Source: Erysipelotrichaceae bacterium (GTDB lineage Bacteria > Bacillota_I > Bacilli_A > Erysipelotrichales > Erysipelotrichaceae). Taken from it: a stretch of 32,000 bases of DNA. The DNA is taken from positions 120,001 to 152,000 of the forward strand of contig OY781039.1 in the NCBI GenBank assembly GCA_963676105.1, read 5' to 3'. Under the pieces are notes generated by a model, which made no database searches, was not told the DNA's origin, and was given only the letters and a program-made list of their open reading frames with translations. The position numbers and the translations under genes were made by a program. Below, in pieces: positions 15,758-25,259 of the stretch (its first letter is position 1; every line of letters begins with the position of its first letter).

Positions 15758-16459
15758 TTATTTTGCGTATAGAGATACATTTTTGTATATGTATTTCTTT
15801 ACTTTGTATTCAAATTTTTCTTCAGGAACACCATCGATTTGATTATTTAAGATTAGATTAGTCAATATAATGAGTTCTTCTATCATCTGTGGATCAAATT
15901 CTAAATCATTGTGTGATGAATAGATTAAGTTTATTTCTTTTATGTTTTGAACTATTTCTAATGTTTTTAAATAGGCATTCAAATCTCGACCATCCCCAAA
16001 CATAAAGATAGGACCGACTTGGAAACTATCGCCTCCAATCATAAAACCTTTTGATCTTTCAATTAATGCAATACTACCTGGAGTGTGACCTGGTACATGA
16101 ATGACTTCAAAATGGTAATCGCCAATATCTAAGATATCTTTTTCATTAATCTCAATCATCTCTACAGGATTTTTAAAACGATTTCGATAATGTTTTATTT
16201 CAAGTGGATGCATATAACTGATTTCAAAATCATGAGCACCTCCCACGTGATCACCATCAGAATGGGTATATAGTACTTCTATTGGAAGAGAAGTTAGTGA
16301 TTCTACGACCGTTTTTAAATCATCTCTTCCAAGTCCTGTATCTACAAGCAAAGCTTTATTTTGACCAATAACTAAAAAACTTCTCACTAAACCAAAACTC
16401 ATGATATGTTCAATCACAAATAAGTTTTTTCTTATTTCATAGGGTTTGTTCATCGCCAT
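15758..16459 (-). CDS. MBL-fold metallo-hydrolase
   Basis: The motifs LVDTGLG, YTHSDGDHVGG, HVPGHTPGS and SSHND are spaced as in metallo-beta-lactamase-fold proteins. Confidence 0.8.
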   Translation of the reverse strand: MAMNKPYEIRKNLFVIEHIMSFGLVRSFLVIGQNKALLVDTGLGRDDLKTVVESLTSLPIEVLYTHSDGDHVGGAHDFEISYMHPLEIKHYRNRFKNPVEMIEINEKDILDIGDYHFEVIHVPGHTPGSIALIERSKGFMIGGDSFQVGPIFMFGDGRDLNAYLKTLEIVQNIKEINLIYSSHNDLEFDPQMIEELIILTNLILNNQIDGVPEEKFEYKVKKYIYKNVSLYAK

Positions 16460-16505
16460 AGTTAATTACCTCGCTCTTTTACTATATGCCTTTTTTAAAG
16501 GAATT

Positions 16506-16535
16506 AAAAAAATCATGCTTAACAAACATGATTTT
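16506..16535. terminator. Hairpin terminator downstream of the aminotransferase gene (-)
   Basis: The sequence is aaaaatcatg-cttaacaaa-catgattttt. Confidence 0.6.
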
Positions 16536-16559
16536 TAGAATTAATTTAAAGTGATTAAG

Positions 16560-17753
16560 TTATTTTGTTGGATATTCGTTTTTCACGAAAGCTTCTAGAG
16601 CACTTAAACTTCTTAATACTTTTTCAGTATCCACGCAATAGGCCATTCTAAAGTAGCCAGTTACACCAAAGCTATCGGATGGGACAAGAATTAAATTGTA
16701 TTTACGAGCTTTTAAACAGAAGGCATTCGCATCTTCTTCTAAGGCTTTAGGTAGGATATAGAAAGTTCCACCTGGTTTAACCACTTCGAAGCCGAGTTCA
16801 ACAAGTTTATCGTAGATAATATTCATATTGGTTTCATAGATGCTTAAGTCAGAAGTTTTATCTAAGACTTCTGCGATCGCTAATTGGATGGATGAAGCAG
16901 GGCAGTTATGACCTAAACCACGACTAATTTGGCCAAACATCGCAACTAAGACATCACTATCAACAGCATTTGGATTAACCGCAATATATCCAATACGCTC
17001 ACCAGGTAAACTTAAACTCTTGGAAAATGAATAACAAGATAAAGTATTGTCATAGAATTGACTAGGATATACAGCTTCATGTCCCTCAAACAAGATTTCA
17101 CGATAAGGTTCATCACTAATAATGAAAATTTCATGACCATATTCTTTTTCTTTTTCTTTTAGAATTGAACATAGCCCTTCAATGGTTTCTTTTGAATATG
17201 CAATACCAGATGGATTGTTTGGAGTATTGATAATAACAGCATTTACTTTTGGATTTAAGAGTTCCTTAAAAGCATCGAAGTTTATTTGAAAATCTGATGT
17301 ATTTGCTTCAACTATCTTTAAGATGGCCCCAGTTTTACCCACGTATTGGGCATACTCTGGGAAATAAGGTGCAAACGTAATAACTTCATCACCTGCTTGT
17401 GTGACAGCACGTAAACTATGTGCCATGGAAGAAGCTGCACCATTAGTCATAAAGATATGTTTTGTTTCATAATTCATGTTAAAGCGTTGATTTAAACTTT
17501 GAGCCACTTTTGTACGAACGCTTGTAATCCCTAAAGAAGGGGAATAACCATGAATAGAAACTGGATCTTCATTTCTTAATATATCGATTAATGTTTGTGT
17601 AAATTTATCATGAGTAGGAACTGAAGGATTTCCTAATGAATAGTTAAAAACATTTTCTGCTCCGATTTCTTGAGCAAGTTCTGTCGCAAACTCAAATTGT
17701 TCTCGGATGACAGATTTTCCGGATAATAATTTTTTGAAGTCTTGATTAATCAT
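16560..17753 (-). CDS. Class I/II PLP-dependent aminotransferase (AspC/AlaT-like)
   Basis: The motifs NTPNNPSG and SFSKSLSLPGERIGY (PLP lysine) are present. The start was moved to ATG 17753, after aaaggaaa. Confidence 0.88.
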   Translation of the reverse strand: MINQDFKKLLSGKSVIREQFEFATELAQEIGAENVFNYSLGNPSVPTHDKFTQTLIDILRNEDPVSIHGYSPSLGITSVRTKVAQSLNQRFNMNYETKHIFMTNGAASSMAHSLRAVTQAGDEVITFAPYFPEYAQYVGKTGAILKIVEANTSDFQINFDAFKELLNPKVNAVIINTPNNPSGIAYSKETIEGLCSILKEKEKEYGHEIFIISDEPYREILFEGHEAVYPSQFYDNTLSCYSFSKSLSLPGERIGYIAVNPNAVDSDVLVAMFGQISRGLGHNCPASSIQLAIAEVLDKTSDLSIYETNMNIIYDKLVELGFEVVKPGGTFYILPKALEEDANAFCLKARKYNLILVPSDSFGVTGYFRMAYCVDTEKVLRSLSALEAFVKNEYPTK

Positions 17754-17772
17754 TTTTTTGTTTCCTTTATTT

Positions 17773-18762
17773 TTATAAACCATTAACAATGTGATCTGGT
17801 CTTTCGCGATTGATCACTTTTTTGATGTCTGACCATGTCATCGCATAGCCTCTTTTAAAACTTGAAGCAGTGATTCCGCCAATATGTGGGCTAAAGAGTA
17901 TTTTACCTTTGATGCTTTCATCCTTGATAAGGATATTATCTTTCTTGACAGGTTCGTTATCAATACAATCTAACCCTGCCATTTTAATTTTTCCTGATTT
18001 TAAAGCTTCAATTAAATCTTTACTATTAACAAGTTCACCTCTGGCGGTATTAATTAAATAAGACCCATCTTTCATTTGATTGAAAAATTCTTTATTAACA
18101 CTATATCGAGTTTCATCGTTTACAGGTAAATGAAGGGATATAAAATCACAATACCCTAATAACTCATTTAGCGCTAAATATTGAACATTATACATTTCTT
18201 CAACTTCACTATCTGCTTGATGTCGTGAATAATAACAAACATCTGCCCCAAAGGCATTGAGTAATTTGGCTGTACTTTTTGCGATATCACCAAAACCGAT
18301 TAAACCAATTTTGAAATCAGCTAATTCAAATAAGTTAGCATTTTTCATATAGTTCTCTTTTGTGATAATTTGGGTGGCATCTCGAACGCTTTGATCACCG
18401 GTCGCAACATCCCTAAGTACGCCTAACATTAGTAGGATGGTTTGTTCAGCTACAGCCATTGCATTCATACCTTTGCAGTTACAAACATAAACACCTTTAT
18501 CGCGTGCTGCATCAACATCTATAAAATTATAACCGACACCTTCTGAGTGAATCATTTTTAAATGAGGCATTTGATTGATTAGATTGGCACTAACCATACT
18601 CATCGCATCAACAATGATAAAATCTGCATCTTTTCCTTTCTTTAAATAATCATCATCACTTAATCCATTTTCACAATCCACAATTTCAATATCCTTTATA
18701 ATGTCATGTGGGTTAGAGAAACGGTCAATATTACCTTTTTTCCCAATATGTAATATTTTCAT
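17773..18762 (-). CDS. D-isomer-specific 2-hydroxyacid dehydrogenase (NAD-dependent)
   Basis: The protein has GLIGFGDIAKSTAKLL (GxGxxG), ARGELV, a D...E pair and SPHIGG (catalytic His). Confidence 0.88.
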   Translation of the reverse strand: MKILHIGKKGNIDRFSNPHDIIKDIEIVDCENGLSDDDYLKKGKDADFIIVDAMSMVSANLINQMPHLKMIHSEGVGYNFIDVDAARDKGVYVCNCKGMNAMAVAEQTILLMLGVLRDVATGDQSVRDATQIITKENYMKNANLFELADFKIGLIGFGDIAKSTAKLLNAFGADVCYYSRHQADSEVEEMYNVQYLALNELLGYCDFISLHLPVNDETRYSVNKEFFNQMKDGSYLINTARGELVNSKDLIEALKSGKIKMAGLDCIDNEPVKKDNILIKDESIKGKILFSPHIGGITASSFKRGYAMTWSDIKKVINRERPDHIVNGL

Positions 18763-18809
18763 AAGTTCCCTCCATCATTTCTTATAAGTATAAAGAAAAA
18801 GATAAAAAA

Positions 18810-18827
18810 ACACCAAATAATTGGTGT
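18810..18827 (-). terminator. Hairpin plus U-run after the cupin gene
   Basis: On the minus strand the sequence reads acaccaa-ttat-ttggtgt followed by tttttttatc. Confidence 0.6.
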
Positions 18828-19306
18828 TATAAAGCAAGTTTTTTAATTAATTCAGAATATTCAGGATAAACATCTAATAAATCTCTTTGTTTAAAGAGCT
18901 CAAATTCAGAATATAAAAATCCTGGCGATACGACGCAAGCAACTAAACTATAAGTAGAACTAGGTACATATGATGCAAAGATGGTACCTGCTTTGACAAC
19001 GGTTTGAGGAACACAGTTTTTTTCTAGTCCTAAATGAATGATATCTAATTCACCATTTTCTAAGATACATATAACATCTAATGGATCACCATACTGAAAT
19101 ATCCATATTTCATCAGATTGTAAACGATGAAAGTGTGATACTTCTGAACCATATAATAAGAATAGAATCGATGTATATAAAGGTCGATTTTCTCTATTGT
19201 CTAAATCAATAATTTCATCAGCTTTTAAGGTTTCTTTGAAGTAACCGCCTTCGGGGTGTGGTTCAAGTTCATATTGTGTTATTAGATTTTTAACATTTTG
19301 ATTCAT
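18827..19306 (-). CDS. DUF985 cupin-superfamily protein
   Basis: LEPHPEGGYFKET and SHFHRLQSDEIW are typical of the Cupin_5/DUF985 family. Confidence 0.75.
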   Translation of the reverse strand: MNQNVKNLITQYELEPHPEGGYFKETLKADEIIDLDNRENRPLYTSILFLLYGSEVSHFHRLQSDEIWIFQYGDPLDVICILENGELDIIHLGLEKNCVPQTVVKAGTIFASYVPSSTYSLVACVVSPGFLYSEFELFKQRDLLDVYPEYSELIKKLAL

Positions 19307-19322
19307 AATCTTATTATACGTT

Positions 19323-20585
19323 TTAGCTTTCTAAAAACTCAGTATTTTTGTTTTCGTTTATATCAACTAAATATATATCGATTAGATTTCTCATTTCATC
19401 GATGTTTGATTTGAGTAAATTAAATAAATTAGGGTCAATCTGATGTTGTTCATTCATATCTTCCATGATGTGAATGACTTCATCATTACTTAGTGATATT
19501 CGATAGGGTCTATGCTCCGACAATGCGCTAAATACATCAGATATTTGTAGAATACGAGAAGCTGTTTTTATATTTTTAGCTTTTAATTGATACGGATAGC
19601 CACTACCATCCAAACGTTCATGATGCTCACCTAACCATTTTGCGATTTCTTCAAAACCATCTACTTTTTTTATAACCATTTCAGAATAGTATGAATGCAT
19701 CTTAACAAGTTCGTATTCATCATCACTTAAAGGTCCTTGTTTATCGATGATCTCATTTGGTACAACTAGTTTGCCTAAGTCATGTAGTAATCCTGCAAGA
19801 TAAAATAATTTTGTTTCGTCTTTATCGTAGTTCATTTTACCTGCGATATATTCCGCAACTTTTGCGACGTTTTCTGAATGTCTAGCGGTAAAAGAAGAAC
19901 GTAAATCCACTAATTTTGAGAATATTTCAGCAATGGAGATTAAATCTTCAATGGGATAATTCATTGGATGTTGTATTTTGAATTCATTAATAAAATCATC
20001 ACTTTGATTGATGTTCTCTAATTCATCCCAAATTATTTGATTTTCAGAAATCTTAAAAAATAACTCAACAAGTTTTGGATCAAAATGCTCATTGTTTTTA
20101 ATTAATTTGAGTATAGTTTCTTTTTGAGAAAACAGGTTTTTTGTATGATCTAATGATAAATCAATTCGATCAGCTAAATAGATGATACGGCTCTCAAAAG
20201 GTATCATTTCCTTTTCAAGACCATCAGGATTATTACCAGAATAACGATCATGGTGAGCTTTTATAAAAGGTGCAAGTGGTTTGAAAAATTTAGAACTACT
20301 TAAAATATCATAACCCTCAAAAGCATGATTAAAAATTTCACGCGTATCATCTTCAATAATCATCTGCTGTTTTTCATTCCATTCAATTGAGGCACCGATA
20401 TCGTGAATGAGTGCTGAATAGATAAGATTTGCCATTTGATTATCATTCAAATCAGTATATTCACCGATTCGTTTAGTGATATATGTTACGCCTAAATGAT
20501 GTCTTAAAATTCCAGGATTAGATAATTCTAAGGCTTCCGTTAAACTCTGAATTAAATTTATAACATTGAGATGCTGATGAATCAT
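19323..20585 (-). CDS. Tandem HD-domain protein with a canonical C-terminal HD-GYP module (putative c-di-GMP phosphodiesterase)
   Basis: The C-terminal module has HSENVA ... LLHDLGK ... HHERLDGSGYPY. The N-terminal module has HHLGVT ... LIHDIGA ... HHDRYSGNNPDG. The start was moved to ATG 20585 (MIHQHL). Confidence 0.85.
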   Translation of the reverse strand: MIHQHLNVINLIQSLTEALELSNPGILRHHLGVTYITKRIGEYTDLNDNQMANLIYSALIHDIGASIEWNEKQQMIIEDDTREIFNHAFEGYDILSSSKFFKPLAPFIKAHHDRYSGNNPDGLEKEMIPFESRIIYLADRIDLSLDHTKNLFSQKETILKLIKNNEHFDPKLVELFFKISENQIIWDELENINQSDDFINEFKIQHPMNYPIEDLISIAEIFSKLVDLRSSFTARHSENVAKVAEYIAGKMNYDKDETKLFYLAGLLHDLGKLVVPNEIIDKQGPLSDDEYELVKMHSYYSEMVIKKVDGFEEIAKWLGEHHERLDGSGYPYQLKAKNIKTASRILQISDVFSALSEHRPYRISLSNDEVIHIMEDMNEQHQIDPNLFNLLKSNIDEMRNLIDIYLVDINENKNTEFLES

Positions 20586-20725
20586 ATTTACATTATATAC
20601 AATTATGTACAAATAGGTTTTTATACTATATACACATATTTGAAAATAAATATTAGATAATGACATTTTGTAGACTTAGTTCTGCCACAGTCTTTATATA
20701 TACTAGTTTTGTTAGGAGTTGTGAT

Positions 20726-20851
20726 ATGAAAAAATTAGCTATTGTATTTAGCGCATTCTTTATATTATTAACATTTATTCTGGGAAGTAATAATATTTAT
20801 AGTTCTTTTAAGACAGCTGCTCATGATACACAAACTTCATCAACAAAATAG
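20726..20851 (+). CDS. Possible 41-aa small membrane or secreted peptide
   Basis: The RBS aggag (20714-20718) lies 7 nt before ATG 20726. The peptide is MKKLAIVFSAFFILLTFILG followed by a polar tail. There is no family support. Confidence 0.35.
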   Translation: MKKLAIVFSAFFILLTFILGSNNIYSSFKTAAHDTQTSSTK

Positions 20852-20941
20852 AAATAATTTGAAATATTGGGATTCAAATTGTGGATTTAAAAAGGAGTAT
20901 AATTAGTTTAGATAGAAGATTGAAAACGATTGGAGGCTACT

Positions 20942-21130
20942 ATGAAATATCGTGTACATCGTTTTGATCTAAAAATGGATAAGGATCAATCAAAACTTGA
21001 GTTATTCTTAAATAGTATAGAAGGTGAAATAATTTCCATTATTCCAAATGTTAATCCTACATTTAGACCAATGGGTGCAACAGCGAGTGTGAATTTTCTA
21101 TATGTAGTAGAAAAAATAAAAGAAAATTAA
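20942..21130 (+). CDS. Small hypothetical protein (62 aa)
   Basis: GGAGG (20932-20936) lies 5 nt before ATG 20942, and the composition looks coding. I recognise no family. Confidence 0.5.
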   Translation: MKYRVHRFDLKMDKDQSKLELFLNSIEGEIISIIPNVNPTFRPMGATASVNFLYVVEKIKEN

Positions 21131-21245
21131 TTTCATTTATAACTCATTTGTACTGTTGTAAATATTAATATATTTTCAGATTTTCTATGAAAAAATTTTC
21201 AAGTACCATAATAAAAAGTCCAATTCTGGACTTTATTTTTTTATC

Positions 21246-21333
21246 TGGCGGAGGACATGAGATTCGAACTCACGGAAGCTTGCACTTCGCCACCTTTCCA
21301 AGATGGTGCCTTAAACCGCTCGGCCAATCCTCC
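21246..21333 (-). tRNA. tRNA-Ser (anticodon GGA), CCA encoded
   Basis: The reverse complement GGAGGATTGGCCGAGCGGTTTAAGGCACCATCTTGGAAAGGTGGCGAAGTGCAAGCTTCCGTGAGTTCGAATCTCATGTCCTCCGCCA folds by hand. It has a 7-bp acceptor stem, anticodon stem CCATC/GGTGG, loop TTGGAAA, a long variable arm and a TTCGAAT T-loop. Confidence 0.93.
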
Positions 21334-21428
21334 AGGTGCTTTGTTATTATAACGAAAAAGGACATAAATGTCATCTTTTTTGAAGTGTAATTCAACACTT
21401 TGAATTTTCGATGTGTTAGCGTATAGAT

Positions 21429-22097
21429 ATGTTAGAAAAAATACTTAATGAATTAAAAGATCAATCTAAAGAATCAGTTATTAAAATCTATCAGAAGCAA
21501 GGTGTTACTGAAGAAATTTTAGGTGTTCAAAAAGGTGTTATTCGCAAGCTTGCTAAAGAGATTAAACAGAATCACAAATTAGCTCTAGATTTGTGGAATA
21601 CGAATATATATGAAGCACGAGTTTTAGCAATTGAACTATTTGATTCAAATCAATTTGAATTGAATGACATCAAGAATTTAATAGATTCTACAAATTCCAT
21701 TGTTTTATTAGATGAACTTACATTATCTATCTTTGAGAATATTTATCCAAGGATTGATATTTTGGATACATGGAAACATGAGAAAGATTTAAAGTTACTA
21801 CGTTCTGCATGGAATGCAGCTATTGCGAATGTTGTGACTAAAAAATATAATGAAGAACAACTTGGTCAATTATTAAATGCGATAGATAAGACAATCTTAA
21901 AAAGAGATGAATTGGTGCAATATGCAATGAATCGCTGTGTTGTTGAAATTGGTATTACGAACGATCACTTTACAGATCAATGTTTGACCTTGGGAGAACG
22001 CTGGGGTTTGTATAAAGATATGAAAGTATCTAAAGGTTGCACCTCTCCTTACATACCTGATTGGATGAATGCTGTTTTAAGAAGAAAATCCAGATAA
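21429..22097 (+). CDS. DNA alkylation repair protein (AlkD-like HEAT-repeat family)
   Basis: The N-terminus (IKIYQKQGVTEEILGVQKGVIRKLAKEIKQNHKLALDLWNT.IYEARVLA) and the length match the DNA_alkylation family pattern. Confidence 0.78.
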   Translation: MLEKILNELKDQSKESVIKIYQKQGVTEEILGVQKGVIRKLAKEIKQNHKLALDLWNTNIYEARVLAIELFDSNQFELNDIKNLIDSTNSIVLLDELTLSIFENIYPRIDILDTWKHEKDLKLLRSAWNAAIANVVTKKYNEEQLGQLLNAIDKTILKRDELVQYAMNRCVVEIGITNDHFTDQCLTLGERWGLYKDMKVSKGCTSPYIPDWMNAVLRRKSR

Positions 22098-22152
22098 AAG
22101 GTCAAGTAAGATTGACCTTTTATCGTACATATAATAAGATTATTAAGCACAC

Positions 22153-22237
22153 GCCCGAGTGGTGAAATCGGTAGACGCAGTGGACTCAAAATCCACCGCC
22201 GCAAGGCATGACGGTTCGAGTCCGTCCTCGGGCACCA
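22153..22237 (+). tRNA. tRNA-Leu (anticodon CAA), CCA encoded; integration target of the adjacent islet
   Basis: The sequence is GCCCGAGTGGTGAAATCGGTAGACGCAGTGGACTCAAAATCCACCGCCGCAAGGCATGACGGTTCGAGTCCGTCCTCGGGCACCA. It has acceptor GCCCGAG/CTCGGGC, anticodon stem GTGGA/TCCAC, loop CTCAAAA, a long variable arm and a GGTTCGAGTCC T-arm. Confidence 0.93.
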
Positions 22238-22296
22238 TATTACATCTAAGCCTTTAGTTAAGGGCTTTTTTGTTGGTCTCTTTGTCCTGCGTGCCC
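22221..22296 (+). repeat. attL-side direct repeat: tRNA-Leu 3' end, terminator-like hairpin and the 3' end of the integrase gene
   Basis: The segment tccgtcctcggGcaccatattaCatc(t)aagccttt(a)gtt(a)agg..tttttt...ctttgtc recurs at 26462-26533 with a few substitutions and indels. Confidence 0.85.
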
Positions 22297-23390
22297 AATA
22301 AGTGCCCAGAATATAAATTTGGTAGTTCTGAAATGAGTGCATTTACCGCATCTTTTGTGGCATGTGTATACACTTTTAATGTCATATTTATGCTTGAATG
22401 ACCTAATCTTTGTGATACTGCAGAGATTGGAACACCATTATTTATTAAAATTGTTGCATGTGAATGTCTTAAGTCATGAAGTCTTATTTTAGATATTCCA
22501 GATTCTTCAATTGCAGCTTTAAAACGATACTGAATAACGCTATTCACTAATGGTTCTGGTCCACCAAACATAAACCAATTATCATTGTATCCATACTCAT
22601 TTTTAACCCATGATAATAAGCGTTCTATTTCTTGATCACAAATCGATGATACATTTACTTTTCTAATACTAGATCGTGTTTTTGTTGAACTGATTTTAGA
22701 TCGGTCACCTTTTGTTTTGCCTGTTACAGATTTAGTGATGGAAAATATCTTTTCATTATAGTCTTTCCACTGAATTCCTTTAGCTTCAGCACGTCGCATA
22801 CCAGTTGACCATATAGCCATTATTAATGCTTTAAAGTATTTGTCGTGCTCTGTTGTTTCTGATAGGGAAGAGTATAACTTATCAAATTCTTCAGTTATAA
22901 TTGTTCTGATACCACTATCTTCTTCATACTGATCCTTTTTAACTGGAGCAAGCAACGTGGACGGATCACTAATTGAAAACAATTGACTGCCAAATTTAAA
23001 GATAGCTTTTAACTGATGTAGTATTTCATTTTTATACTTTGGTGAATAAGATGTGGAAACTAACTTGTTTCTCCAATCTTCTAAGTGAATCGGTTTAATA
23101 TTTGTGACTTTACGATTATTCAAATCACTCATAAATTCTTCAGCTTTATATTAAATTGCATCTAATGTTGCAGAATGAACGGATTCTTTTTTACGTTCCA
23201 CATAAAGATTAACTAAATCTTTGAATGTTATGATTGAAGCTGTTGATTCACTTTGATTAAGTAGTGTTTCTCGTTCCCATTGTTGAGCTTCTTTTTTTGT
23301 TGCAAATAATTTGTTCTTTCGCTTACGTTCTCCATTAACCACCCAAGAAGCATAAGCAACGTAACCATTATCTGATTTTCGAATTGCCAT
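22254..23390 (-). pseudogene. Tyrosine recombinase/phage integrase interrupted by a single in-frame TAA (23151-23153)
   Basis: The ORF at 23151-23390 encodes an arm-type DNA-binding N-terminus (MAIRKSDNGYVAYASWVVNGERKRKNKLFATKKEAQQWE). The ORF at 22254-23132 encodes the core-binding and catalytic domains (GMRRAE, HDLRHSHAT, LGHSSINMTLKVYTH). Both are in the same frame and read ...SATLDAI*YKAEEFMSDL... A strong RBS (AAGGAGG) precedes 23390. Confidence 0.8.
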
Positions 23391-23408
23391 TATGTACCTC
23401 CTTTTAAA

Positions 23409-24305
23409 TTAGATTATTTTTCGATCTCCTGATACTATAATTTCATCCCAGTAATTATTATTGGCTAAAGACATTGAATTATTCTCATAAATAATTGTTA
23501 AATTTTGTTCATATTTATTTTTACCAGATATGTCAAAATATTCCAAAATAATGTTTAATCTCATATATTTAAAAATACTATCAGGTATTAATTCAGAGTT
23601 AATATAAAATGCAAAGTAAATTGGTTCACCTTCTGCTAAAATATTTTGTGTCTCTAAATCATTGATATTAATTTGAGTCTGATTTTTCCATAAATCTGAT
23701 TTTTTTTCGTTAGAAAATTCTATTTGAACAGTTTTTGTTTCTATATTTCTAGCTGGATTTTTATATATATTGGTTACTGTCAATGCCCATTTATCTTTAA
23801 TATATGCTGTTCCATGTTCTTCGAAATCATCATCTGTGTCTAATGTTTCTATACCTAACTTCAAAATAGGAATACCAGAATTTTTATTATTCTCTTCGTT
23901 AATACTATTTTCGTGTTGCATAGTAAAGATTACTCCAAACATTACCATCGAGCCACCAATAAGTGCTCCAAAAAATCCAATCCAACTAGACTCATTTCCT
24001 ACTGGTGTGATTGTTTCCCTAAAAATTTTCATTAATAAAATAACTATATAAACTAGAAATGGTGATGCTAGTAATACAAAAAGTGTAAAATTCAAAACCT
24101 TATCTATAAAATCTTTTGATTTATTCTCGTAAATTATTGCTATGAAATATGAAACTATATTTATTGAAACTAAAATAGAAAATAATATCTTATTTAAAGG
24201 ATTTAAATAATTAATAAGAATAATCACTGTTAAAGAAAATGAATAGATAATTGGAACTTTATATTTTTTAATATCTTCAATAAATGATTTAAATATTAGT
24301 TTCAT
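23409..24305 (-). CDS. Islet cargo: 298-aa membrane protein (about 4 TM helices) with a beta-rich soluble C-terminal domain, unknown function
   Basis: The RBS gaaaggtg precedes the ATG. Hydrophobic segments lie at roughly aa 20-38, 41-59, 72-92 and 107-127, followed by a 170-aa hydrophilic domain. I recognise no family. Confidence 0.6.
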   Translation of the reverse strand: MKLIFKSFIEDIKKYKVPIIYSFSLTVIILINYLNPLNKILFSILVSINIVSYFIAIIYENKSKDFIDKVLNFTLFVLLASPFLVYIVILLMKIFRETITPVGNESSWIGFFGALIGGSMVMFGVIFTMQHENSINEENNKNSGIPILKLGIETLDTDDDFEEHGTAYIKDKWALTVTNIYKNPARNIETKTVQIEFSNEKKSDLWKNQTQININDLETQNILAEGEPIYFAFYINSELIPDSIFKYMRLNIILEYFDISGKNKYEQNLTIIYENNSMSLANNNYWDEIIVSGDRKII

Positions 24306-24356
24306 GGCTACACCTTTCTAGGTCTGGGTTTATAAACATAACCTCTTTCAATTTTT

Positions 24357-25259
24357 TTAAATATTAGATATATTTATGATTGTTTTTAATTGTTCTAGTG
24401 ACGTTTTATTACCAAAAACATACATATATGATGATAAAAAATTAAAAATATTATAAGTTCTTACATCACTCCAACTAAGTTCTATTACATTTGAATTATT
24501 TTTAGCTTCTGTTAGCATTCTAGCTGCAGTTCTTTTAACCCTGAATACTAATGCTCTTTCTGAAGATATTGGTAAACAAAAATCATTAAATCCAGTATTC
24601 AATTGGAAAGATGGATTATCAGATAATATAAATCCCAATCCAGTATTATTTTTTGCATAGTATATTTCATATTCATTAAATATCATTAATGTAAACTCAA
24701 CAAAACCTTTTAAATTAAATATAGAATTAATTTGAGCAGTCTTACCAGTTGACGCTTTTGAAAGCTCGATTTGTTCTTTAGGTAATTTATAAGCTCTACC
24801 TAAGTCTTCTAAAATCGCATTTACATCATTAGCAAAATTATCTACTTTATCCCTATAAAATAATGTTCTATGTGCTAAATCATATAAAAACAGAATTAAT
24901 AACATTCTATCGTCATTACTTAAAACCAGATAATCATGTTTAAGTATTCTATTTAGTAAAATAGAAGTAGCATATTCTATTTTTGCAAAATAGTTTTCAA
25001 CAAAATTTTCATCTTTTAAATCAATATATTCTGAAAGTTTTGGAGTTATTTCTAATACCATGCTTAAAGCATCTTTTAAATCAGATTCATTTACATCATA
25101 AAATTTATTAGACGTAGCGAATGACTTAGTATTAGTTCTAGTTATAATGTTATCATCTTTTATTTTATACACACAAAATCCATGAACAGAATCTTTAAAT
25201 TTTTTCATTAAAAATTGTGGAATATAATGTTGGCTAATTACTTTATTCTTACGCATCAT
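24357..25259 (-). CDS. Islet cargo: DUF4238-family protein
   Basis: The N-terminal QHYIPQFLMKKF motif and the C-terminal GFILSDNPSF motif are the two hallmark motifs I associate with DUF4238. The start overlaps the upstream gene by 11 nt. Confidence 0.78.
   Translation of the reverse strand: MMRKNKVISQHYIPQFLMKKFKDSVHGFCVYKIKDDNIITRTNTKSFATSNKFYDVNESDLKDALSMVLEITPKLSEYIDLKDENFVENYFAKIEYATSILLNRILKHDYLVLSNDDRMLLILFLYDLAHRTLFYRDKVDNFANDVNAILEDLGRAYKLPKEQIELSKASTGKTAQINSIFNLKGFVEFTLMIFNEYEIYYAKNNTGLGFILSDNPSFQLNTGFNDFCLPISSERALVFRVKRTAARMLTEAKNNSNVIELSWSDVRTYNIFNFLSSYMYVFGNKTSLEQLKTIINISNI

Noticed and set aside
21187-21390. A 67-aa ORF on the plus strand.
   Set aside because: It lies antisense across the whole tRNA-Ser(GGA) gene (21246-21333). 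The open frame is a by-product of the tRNA sequence.
22049-22342. A 97-aa ORF on the minus strand.
   Set aside because: It runs antisense through tRNA-Leu(CAA) and the alkD-like gene end, and it overlaps the integrase 3' end. It has no RBS and is explained by better features.
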